DNA of 64,000 nt from Podarcis erhardii. Taxonomy: Eukaryota. A model generated the notes under the pieces. That model did not search any database. It was given only the letters and a program-made list of their open reading frames with translations, and was not told the DNA's origin. The position numbers and the translations under genes are program-made. Each line of letters begins with the position of its first letter. Positions within the stretch are counted from its first letter, which is position 1. Where the stretch lies: assembly GCA_964252035.1 (NCBI GenBank), contig OZ176215.1. One strand, given 5' to 3'. This document shows positions 34,181 through 43,736 of the stretch, piece by piece.

Positions 34181-35447
34181 TAGCCAGCATTATTTGTGCT
34201 TGTCCCCCCCCCCCCTTTGTGTGCCAGAGGCCTATGGAAAGAGGGATTGGTGGTGTCTCATCATATTAGGCTTTGGAACAAGCAGAAGTGGCTGCTTTTG
34301 TTTTTCCCAAAGCTCAGTGCAACATGGAGAGCAGCCCTCCCTCTCCTGTATACAGAAACCCTTTTCCACCTCCAAAGCTCAGCATGAAATAGAGGCCTCC
34401 TCTAAGATCTCAGCAATTCATGAGAAGCTGGGTTGTGTGGTGTTGAGTGGCCTTCTCTCACCAGGCCTGCTGCGCCCTGGAGATAGGTTTTGTCAAGCCT
34501 GGATTATCTGCATCTTCTATGTTCTGTTACATGTATAAGGAGTCTCTTATTAATATGGGTGTGGGTGTACCTTTGCTTGGTAGTGATTTGGCTCGCAGTC
34601 TACAAACCATTTCTTCCATTGTAGCCTGACCGATGTCTGGGAGACTTGAACAAAGCTGCTTCAACAAGGGGCTTCGGTTCTGAATCCCAAACCAGTTGCT
34701 GCTCTGCCTTTGATACTCTTCACTAGTTGAGCAAATACTAATCCTTGTGCTATGTTGGATGAACCAGAGTAATTTTTTTTTATTCTGGGTGTAAAAATCG
34801 ATTGGTACATGTTTGACATCTGTTAGTACTGGGTGTTCAGTTGTCTTTGTGCATTATTGGATAACCAGAAAATTAAAGCATGCTTTCCTTTAATTATGCA
34901 GTTCAGTGTTTAGTGTTTGCTAGTTAGCAAAGGGTTACATAATACATGCAGAAGCATGGCCAATATGACAGAATCTCAAGAAAGAGACAACTTCTGCTAA
35001 TCGGGTATGATCTGTGCAGTTTCAAAGTTCCATCTTAGATTGACCAATGCATTCATAACAAAGCAAGATGGTTCTGATGTTTTAAAAGATGTAAGCATTG
35101 GTGATGCCCATGCTTCCTACTAGAAGTCTTTGTCCAATGCCAATTATAGAAAGTTGGGATGATTATCTTTCAGTAGGCTGGAAATAAGATTCACAAAGAT
35201 TAGATATTTTATTTTTTGCTAACTCTCAGATGAATGCTTTGCTTCCTGATGTGTAATGTTTTTTGAATACTTGCTAGAAATAATGAGGGACTGTTCTGGA
35301 ATCCTGATGAACATATTTGACTGAAATAACATTGTAGGGTCTCCTGATCTTTATATTGATGAAGTATCAGTCATCCCTTGCAAATTCTCCAGTTCTTCAT
35401 GCTTTGATGTTGAGATTTGAGATGTTTTTTGGTAACATTGTCTTTTT

Positions 35448-35603
35448 NNNNNNNNNNNNNNNNNNNNNNNNNNNNNNNNNNNNNNNNNNNNNNNNNNNNN
35501 NNNNNNNNNNNNNNNNNNNNNNNNNNNNNNNNNNNNNNNNNNNNNNNNNNNNNNNNNNNNNNNNNNNNNNNNNNNNNNNNNNNNNNNNNNNNNNNNNNNN
35601 NNN
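35448..35603. other. Assembly gap (156 N), probably containing SF1 exon 3
   Basis: N run; the expected exon (VQLQIEDLTRKLRTGDLGIPPNPEDR) was not found elsewhere in 30571-38101; a pyrimidine tract leads into the gap. Confidence 0.75.
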
Positions 35604-38101
35604 CTTTTTCAATAATTTTTTGGTGGCATCATAATGTCAGTTCAATGCAATTTCTTCCTAATGAAATGTCTTCAGTGGTCTAATTTGTCAGAGATGGTAG
35701 CTGAGATCTTACTTGCTAGGGAAGGTAAAACCAGAAAGGGATAAAGGTTCCATCCTTGCTTGAGGATTTCTAAGTCTGTAGTTTGCAATTATTTAACCCG
35801 ACCTAAGAAAAAGATACATATATGGTGGCCAACTAATTTTAACCTGTTCAGTGCTGATCTTGGGCAAGTGTCCAGAGGTTTTTCTCGCAGGTTCACACTG
35901 AGGAATCCTCAGCACAGTCACTGAGTCTGAGCAGCCTGGAAACTTTTTCTGACAGCTGATTTTACAGTACTTTTCAAGTGGTGGCTGAGCATGGTTTTTA
36001 AACCAGATGGGTACTAACCAATTTCTTTGGTAGCAGCTACTACACAGCATTGGCCAATATCTTGGGATTTGGGGCCCAAGCAGTACTGCACCTGCAGTAT
36101 GCCGAATTGGACACCTGTGGTTTTGTTGGGCTTCAGTGTCATCCAACAAAATAACTTCTGTGTTTGATTCGTTTTTTAATTGGCTTGTAAACATTAATTT
36201 CTTTATCAGAAGGTATAATCAGGAAATTGTTGTGTTATAGCATGTTGCACAACTTGTAAACTAATTCTTGTTCTTGAAGTGGAATACACTTTCCACTTAA
36301 ATTTGGCCCAACTGAAACAGTTATTTGGGACCGTAAATAAACATGGTGAGGCTGCCAGTAGTTTTGGACGTCTTGCAAAAGAAAAGAGCTTTCAGCTCTA
36401 GTTCATGGGGCCTGATACTGCCTATTTTAGTTTTAAAAGTACAGTTGAGGAATACCTTTTGGACTCCCATAATGGGCTTTGGGTTAAACTTGACAGGTGA
36501 ACTCATTCTTGGTGGGAGCAGATTTATATGCCTTATTTTTGTGCTTTAGAAGAGTAACATGAGGTGTTGGGTCTTAATGTAACAGAAGGTTAATGCAGAA
36601 TGTGGGGTGGGAGTGGGGCCTGCAGCTACTGTCATATATACGTAAGATGTTCTTGAACTGAGACCATACTGGCTAAAATACATGATGCCATTAACATATA
36701 GTAAAAGTGAATTACCTCACTTGCTTGCAGAAAGACAGCTCTTACTAAAGGCATGAAGCTATTAGATACATTCAGCGTTAAACATTTCCTGAAGGTTTAA
36801 TCTTGGAACCATCAATTTATTAATTACCCATGTCTTTGTGTTTAAAAGGATCTACTCAGCTAGTGAATGGGTTTATTTTAAACTTATTAGTGAATGCTGA
36901 CTGGGGGAGATAAAATTGTTCACATTGCTTTGGGACTGTTAAGCCTTCTCAGGTCCTAGAAACGGAGGTGTAATTTAGATGTGATCACTCCTTACAAAAT
37001 CTGACCTTTTTATTTCATATTCTTGTGTTGATGATTCACTTCAGGCTGAGAAGACATTGGGATCAACTGGCTCTAATCAATCCTTTAACCAACTAGAAAG
37101 AAAGATTGTCTAACTAAAATCCCAAGGTTTAGGTTTCTGATTACTTCAAGGATGTATTTTTTTTGATAACATGACCAATATCTCTTCCCTTCTTGCAGCT
37201 AACTCTAAATTTTTATTTCAATATGTTTGGAAAAAGATCCATAAACTTAAGCAAAATTCTAAGAGTGTGGCTTTTTTACCGCAAGTGCAGCTGTGATAAA
37301 TCAAACTGACTCTTTTTAATTTTAGTTATAACATTTTTATTTGTTAGAACCTCTGGGCATCTAAACTACATGGAGAAAGCAGGTCTGTCTCTAGCGGTTT
37401 ACAGGCCCAGACTGTGGCATGAGAAAGGTGGGCTTGTTGAACTTGTACCCACCCCAGTTCTCTAACTCTTAAACACAGTAAACAGGTTCAGTCGGCCTTG
37501 ATGCAGCCAGCAAAATGGAGGTAAAGCCAGGACAGAAGCCTTGACCCGTCCACGTGGTGCCAGTGAAATAGACATAATTTGTATTGCCAGAAAGGGTTTG
37601 ATAGAAGCTTAACCTGTCTTGTTACTTTTCTGATGTTAAAAAGTCCAGGGTTAACATGAATAATTCTTTATTGATTTGCCTCCTGCACCAGGGTTCTTTC
37701 TAATTGTTTGCCTCCATGGAATAATGAAGTTGGAAAGTTTGTTCTTTGTGTGAATCAACTTTCTCCATCTTCCCTGCCCCCCTTCCCTTTTTTAACAACA
37801 GGCACACTCATGGCAGAGCTGTTGTCATGGCTGTGTGTGACCCCACTCCCTTTTCTGCACCCCTCCTTACCCAATAAAACACCCCAGTTTTTTTCTTCCT
37901 GGTAGCAGGCAGTGGTTTGCTACAGCCGCCTTGTCCATGAGGCATTAATGGGCATGAGTGAGTTTACACCTTCCTTTCCTGTGGTCTCTTATTTCATTTT
38001 ATTTTTCTAAATTGTGCTAGAGTTGAGGGGAAGCCTGTACTTAATAAATAGCCTCAAGGGTTCAGTTGCATGAGAAATAACTGGAGATTGTTCCTCTGCA
38101 G

Positions 38102-38254
38102 GTCTCCTTCCCCTGAACCGATTTACAATAGCGAGGGGAAGCGTTTGAACACCCGTGAATTCCGTACACGCAAGAAACTGGAAGAGGAGAGGCACAACCT
38201 GATAACAGAGATGGTGGCTCTCAACCCAGACTTCAAGCCACCAGCTGATTACAA
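38102..38254 (+). CDS. SF1: SF1 exon 4 (SPSP motif)
   Basis: ctgcag|..|gtaaac; SPSPEPIYNSEGKRLNTREFRTRKKLEEERHNLITEMVALNPDFKPPADY(K); 153 bp. Confidence 0.97.
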
Positions 38255-38878
38255 GTAAACTGGGGGAGAAAGACAAGTTTGGGGTTAGGGGTAGCTTCTT
38301 TCTTGCCCAGCCTATTACTTGAAATGGATCTAGCTTGCCTCACAGTCACTTTGAGCTTGCTTAGCAGGATTTCACATAAATCAAAACTGAGTAAAAGATA
38401 TTTCTTAAGAAGACTCAGCAAATGACATTATAGTCAGTCAAATACCATTAAAATAAAGAATTGAAAGGTCTTCGGCAGTCACCTAAACACATCTGGATAT
38501 CTGAAAAGTTAACAAAGAGAGCTCAGAAGGTGAGGCAGTGCAGCTGAGGAGACCCTGCTCTGCATTTTCACTCACCAGATCCCGAAAGGTGGGGGCACTC
38601 TCAACAGGGTGTCTGAAAATCTTAGGTGGTCTGGTTTGTATTTTATCAAAATTAACAGCCATTGTAGAATCATTTGCTCAATAACCACTTTGAGGTGTGT
38701 TTAAAAAACAAGTAATAGCATTTTTAATAAAATAAATGAACTGATTATGGCCTCTCAACTGGTGCTATCCCAGGGCCTCTTTGTTTTGAATTGTTTTCAA
38801 GGGTTGTCAGTTTGAGCTTGGCAGGGGTTTGTTGTTGGGGACAACCACGCATGACACTTGCTGTCTAATCATTCGCAG

Positions 38879-38968
38879 ACCTCCAGCAACTCGAGTGAGT
38901 GATAAGGTGATGATCCCACAGGATGAATATCCTGAGATTAACTTTGTTGGGCTTCTGATTGGACCCAG
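38879..38968 (+). CDS. SF1: SF1 exon 5 (KH domain)
   Basis: tcgcag|..|gtaaga; [29 protein letters not shown](R); 90 bp. Confidence 0.97.
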
Positions 38969-39499
38969 GTAAGAGCATGTGTTTCTTCCATGGAGGGTGG
39001 ATAATTAAGAGTTGAGAAGTGGCAAGTCCAGAATCATGGGAAGGTTTTGGGAAATGGTCTTGATGTCAAGGGGTGGTGATGTAGAATGTTGGATATGTGA
39101 GAATTGCTTTAGCTCGTGAAGTTTTTCCTCTGATCAGATAAAATGTCTAGTTTAATGTCTCACTATTCATCCTTAGTAAATTCAGCAGGCATACTGTAAA
39201 TTTTCTGTTTCTCCCCACAATATTTCCTGAATGATTAAGACTTTAATTATGAGGCAAGGCTGATCCTTGGAACCTGTTTTGTAAACCTTGTACAGTAGCA
39301 ATAGGATTAGGTTCCTTTAGCCATGTTGTTTCCTTATCACTGAAATTTATTCCCCCTGCCTTCAAGATAGCAAGATAGCCTCCTAGTTGTTTGTTTGTTT
39401 CTGAAGCTGTTAGTGGTGGGAGTGCCTTTTCTCTTTTGAAGACACTCAGAGTGTTGGCTGTTGATTTCAACTCTTGGATTTGGGTTCTCCCCATTCTAG

Positions 39500-39683
39500 A
39501 GGGAACACATTGAAGAACATTGAGAAGGAGTGCAATGCCAAGATTATGATCAGAGGCAAAGGGTCTGTGAAAGAAGGGAAGGTGGGCCGGAAAGATGGCC
39601 AGATGCTGCCTGGTGAGGATGAGCCACTTCATGCTTTGGTCACAGCTAACACCATGGAGAATGTGAAGAAGGCAGTGGAACAG
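39500..39683 (+). CDS. SF1: SF1 exon 6 (KH domain)
   Basis: ttctag|..|gtaaag; GNTLKNIEKECNAKIMIRGKGSVKEGKVGRKDGQMLPGEDEPLHALVTANTMENVKKAVEQ; 184 bp. Confidence 0.97.
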
Positions 39684-39855
39684 GTAAAGGACACAGAGGG
39701 CCAAGCAACAAAACACTGTGTGATCCTCCCTGTCTCATGCATTGGTGGGTGTTTTGGAAGTTTCCTGCATGCCCCCTGGAAGGACCATGGTAATCCAATC
39801 CGACCAGTGATCCAATCTTAATGATAGAGCAACATGCACTCCTCTCCTCTTCTAG

Positions 39856-39971
39856 ATCCGTAACATTCTGAAGCAAGGCATTGAAACTCCAGAGGACCAG
39901 AATGATCTGCGCAAGATGCAGCTGCGGGAACTGGCCCGCCTCAATGGGACACTGCGTGAAGATGACAACAG
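39856..39971 (+). CDS. SF1: SF1 exon 7 (QUA2)
   Basis: ttctag|..|gtgcgt; [38 protein letters not shown](R); 116 bp. Confidence 0.97.
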
Positions 39972-40056
39972 GTGCGTATTGGTCAGTGCCCAATTTTGCC
40001 CACTGGAAAGGAGCTCAGGTCAGTTACAATCTTTTCTTCTTACTGTCCCATTTCAG

Positions 40057-40164
40057 AATTCTGCGTCCATGGCAAAACACTGAGACTCGCAGCATCACCA
40101 ACACCACTGTGTGTACTAAGTGTGGAGGAGCTGGCCACATTGCATCAGATTGCAAATTTGCCCG
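40057..40164 (+). CDS. SF1: SF1 exon 8 (CCHC zinc knuckle)
   Basis: tttcag|..|gtaagc; [35 protein letters not shown](R); 108 bp. Confidence 0.97.
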
Positions 40165-40296
40165 GTAAGCCTCAGCTGGGAAGGCCTGAAAATTGCACTG
40201 CTTGTGCTCCAGAGTGAGGAGCAGGGCATCATGCCTGTGACAAGGTGTGAGCATCTGCTTCCTCTGAAGTGTGAAGATTTAATGTAGGTGTTTTAT

Positions 40297-40426
40297 CCCT
40301 GGAATAGCTCACTCGGTAGAGCATGAGACTCTTAATCTCAGGGCCGTGGGTTCAATCCCCACGTTGAGCAAAAAGATTACTGCAGTAGAAGACCCTTGTG
40401 GTCTCGTCCAACTCTACAATTCTATG
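40297..40426 (+). mobile_element. tRNA(Lys-CTT)-headed SINE in SF1 intron 8
   Basis: tagctcactcggtagagcatgagactcttaatctcaggg...; broken acceptor stem; CR1-type tail ccaactctacaattctatg. Confidence 0.8.
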
Positions 40427-40566
40427 GGTGCCTTAAATAGCTTCTGGTAGAAGTGAAGATACCCATAATTGGCCAGGAGGGGAGGATTACTGTCCAACTC
40501 AGGACTTGGGTGTTTTCGATATTGCAGTTAGGATCTTGGCCTCTGTAACTGGCTTTCTCCTTCCAG

Positions 40567-40747
40567 GCCTGGAGACCCCCAGTCAGCCCAGGATAAAGCA
40601 CGCATGGACAAGGAATACCTGTCTTTGATGGCTGAGTTGGGAGAAGCTCCTGTCCCAGCATTGGTGGGATCATCTTCTGGACCTTCCAATCCACCACTGC
40701 CAAGTGGTCCAAGACCTTCGGGGCCAGGAAACAACCAACCACCTCCT
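40567..40747 (+). CDS. SF1: SF1 exon 9
   Basis: ttccag|..|gtgagt; PGDPQSAQDKARMDKEYLSLMAELGEAPVP...NNQPPP; 181 bp. Confidence 0.95.
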
Positions 40748-41124
40748 GTGAGTAGTCATGGGCTTCTCTAGGTGGAAGGTCTTGGTGAGGGCAGATTGGA
40801 AGACATGAGTAGATTCTTCAAGTATTTTGAAAAGGAATAATAGGATTGAATTGAGCCAGTGTGCCTGGCAGGACATCAGAAGAGTTTGTTATGGTCCAGG
40901 AAGACTTTGTGTTATGTGGAAGTAATAAGTGTAACTTATTACTGAAATTTCATAATCCTGTAGTGAGGGGTGAGCAGATATTCCCCTTGGACAGGGGTTA
41001 GGATTTGATACTTTGCACTGACCGATGGGGAATTCACTTCTAGTGCAGAGTGTACATGGCCTGTGATCTTCCTCATTTGTTCTTACCTCCTTGGAATAAC
41101 TTCTCGTTTCCATCTCTCTCCTAG

Positions 41125-41401
41125 AACCGCCCGCCATGGATGAACTCTGGCCCCTCTGAAAACAGGCCCTTCCATGGCATGCATGGTGGCGGCGGAGGTG
41201 GAGGCGGTGGTGGAGGAGGAGGGGGACCTGGAGGGCCTGGTGGCCCTCACAATTTCCCCCACCACATGTCAAATATGGGAGGACATGGGGGTCACCCAAT
41301 GCAGCACAACCCCAACGGTCCTCCACCTTGGATGCAGCCTCACAACCCACCAATGAACCAGGGACCACATCCTCACGGTCCCCCCGGGCCCCATCACATG
41401 G
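41125..41401 (+). CDS. SF1: SF1 exon 10 (Gly/Pro-rich)
   Basis: tcctag|..G|gtgagt; NRPPWMNSGPSENRPFHGMH-G14-PGGPGGPH...PHHM; 277 bp. Confidence 0.93.
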
Positions 41402-41636
41402 GTGAGTACAATCCAGAACACCATGGGGAGCCTACTGGAGAGGGGGGTGAGCCTTGGCGATCTTGGGAATGGGTAGGGTCAACCTCAGTACAGCCTCATG
41501 GGCTTATGAGCCTTGCCCTTCCATAGCCCAGTCTCGTTTATTTTTGCTGGCGGCTGACTTCGTCATGAGGACCTGGGCTGGTGGAGCTCATCCATTCCAA
41601 ACTGTTGCTAAAGCTATGGTCTCTCATTCCCTTAAG

Positions 41637-41693
41637 ATCAGTACCTGGGCAATGCGCCAGTGGGCTCTGGGGTCTATCGCCTCCAAGGAAAAG
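41637..41693 (+). CDS. SF1: SF1 exon 11
   Basis: cttaag|..|gtgagc; (D)QYLGNAPVGSGVYRLQGK; 57 bp, frame-preserving. Confidence 0.85.
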
Positions 41694-41800
41694 GTGAGCA
41701 ACCTGTTTGTTTCTTTTTCAAATTGAGGTGGGGCGCACAAAGCATGTATGTGGGTGTTACCTGGTTCTACTTAACTATCTTTCTGGCTCTGACCTTGCAG

Positions 41801-41959
41801 GTATGATGCCGCCTCCGATGGGTATGATGCCCCCTCCGCCCCCTCCACCCAGTGGTCAGCCTCCCCCGCCTCCCTCTGGTCCTCTTCCCCCATGGCAGCA
41901 GCAGCAGCAGCCTCCACCCCCGCCTCCCAGCAGCAGTACTCCCTTGCCATGGCAGCAAA
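41801..41959 (+). CDS. SF1: SF1 exon 12 (Pro-rich)
   Basis: ttgcag|..A|gtgagt; (G)MMPPPMGMMPPPPPPPSGQPPPPPSGPLPPWQQQQQPPPPPPSSSTPLPWQQ; 159 bp. Confidence 0.93.
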
Positions 41960-42465
41960 GTGAGTAAGAGCACTTCTTTTAATTTTGCACCCCTGTGACC
42001 TGCCTCTGGGCAAGCTAAATGTGGGTTGGTGGCCACTGGCCAGTTCTTCCCTCTCTCTTTCTGTGCCTTGCTTGCACTTGGGGGAAGTTGTTGACCTCTA
42101 GCCTGGCCTTCAGCACCTGCAATAAGCCTCTTTCCCCCTTGATTTGCAGCTACATGTTTATCTGAGCTTGGCTCCTCAGGAGGTTCCTCAATTGGCCACC
42201 CCTCTGCCTCCAGGGCCTGACTTCTCCTTGCCTTGGCCAATTTTTTTAGGGAAAGGTCGCAGAAAAGCTGGCATATCTTAAATGGGAACCACCTTGGTCA
42301 GTGGGGATTGGAGCAGTATCCTAGCTATGGGTTGATTGTTGATGGGCTGGGTCTTTTTCTTCTTTGGAGAAGGTTGGATCGGCCATTTCCCTGCTTGATG
42401 CGGGGCAGGGAGGAGCAGCTTGGCTCTGAGCTCTTGGGGTGACCACTTGGTGTTTTAAATCCTAG

Positions 42466-42809
42466 ATACGACGACCACCACCACCACGAGCGCTGGCACC
42501 GGGGCCATCCCTCCATGGCAGCAGCAGCAGGGAGCGGCGGCGGTGGCAACTTCTACGGGGGCCCCACAGATGCAAGGCAGCCCCTCCATGGTGCCTTTGC
42601 CTCCAGGGGTCCAGCCTCCGCTTCCGCCCGGGGCCCCGCCTCCTCCCCCGCCCCCGCCGCCTGGCTCCGCGGGCATGATGTACGCCCCTCCCCCTCCTCC
42701 GCCTCCCATGGACCCTACTAATTTTGTCACCATGATGGGGGTTGGAGTGCCAGCCTTGCCACCGTTTGGCATGCCCCCTGCTCCCCCACCACCCCCACCA
42801 CAGAACTGA
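42466..42809 (+). CDS. SF1: SF1 exon 13, terminal coding exon
   Basis: tcctag|AT ACG...CAG AAC TGA; (N)TTTTTTTSAGTGAIPPWQQQQ...GMPPAPPPPPPQN*. Confidence 0.93.
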
Positions 42810-43730
42810 AGAATGGTTTTTCTATACAGTTTTTTCTTGCCAATCTGGAGCCAGGAGCTGGAGGGGAGACTTCTGAAACCCAGCCAGGAGCACATGAGGA
42901 GTGTGTGTTCCTCTTTCCCCTCCTTACTCTGTACTTAGAGAGGTGTGTGACTCTTGTCAGAATCCTTTTTTGATGACTGACTGGTGTACTTCAGTAGCAG
43001 AACTTGCCCATCAGGACACTAGCGCTGAGTCTCTTTCCCCCCCATCCCACGAAGTGAGGTCTGCACCACCATCCTAAAGTTTGGGAAAGTCCATGTGAAA
43101 CTGCCAGGTCTAGCCATGGTGGTAGCAACGGTGGCAAGGCCCCTTCTGTGTTTAGATGCAGCTCTACCTGCCTTGCCCTCTGGGGTGGGACAGTGGTTTT
43201 TGTTCATTTTAAGTTCTTCTTACAGAATTAGATTTTTAACCTCATCTAAGAGACACAAGTTTTCCATGGCCACATGTATCTCCCATCACAGAAAAGTCTT
43301 GTCAGTAGAGTTAAAGAAGCAAATGGATTATTTCCGTAGATTTCTTTCTCTGAAGCTGGACGTCGCATGCACTGCAGTTGATACGGGGAGTGCCAGTTTT
43401 CTCCCCTTTTCTCCATAGCAAAGGAAAGGCAGACTTCACAGGGTGGGCCCTCCTTTGAAACTGGGAGTGGGGGCTTTAGGCCCTCCTCTACTCCCGTTGA
43501 GTAGTTAATATGAAGTCACAATTGAGAGGGCATCTTCATCTCTTTTGAAGTCCATTTTGATATTGTCCATCTGCCTAGAAACTCCTTTCTTTTCTTTTTA
43601 CATGCCTTGAGTGTTTTGTGGTTTGGGGTGGACCCGCCCCTAGATTGAATGATTTTTGTTGACAATGATGTGTGTACAAATGCTTCATTCGATCTCCTGT
43701 AACCATTTTCTTAATTGCTTTTTGTGTAAG

Positions 43731-43736
43731 AATAAA
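43731..43736 (+). terminator. Candidate SF1 polyadenylation signal (AATAAA)
   Basis: AATAAA about 920 nt after the stop, with upstream TGTA elements and downstream U/GU-rich sequence. Confidence 0.6.

Noticed and set aside
30571-38101. Intronic snoRNA or miRNA genes in SF1 introns
   Set aside because: The scattered TGATGA/CTGA pairs are too close together and lack terminal stems; no convincing hairpin was seen.
40297-40372. tRNA-Lys(CTT)-like sequences (also at 20337 and 8380-8452)
   Set aside because: The acceptor stem is broken, there is no oligo-T terminator, and each continues into a CR1-type tail. They are SINE heads, not tRNA genes.
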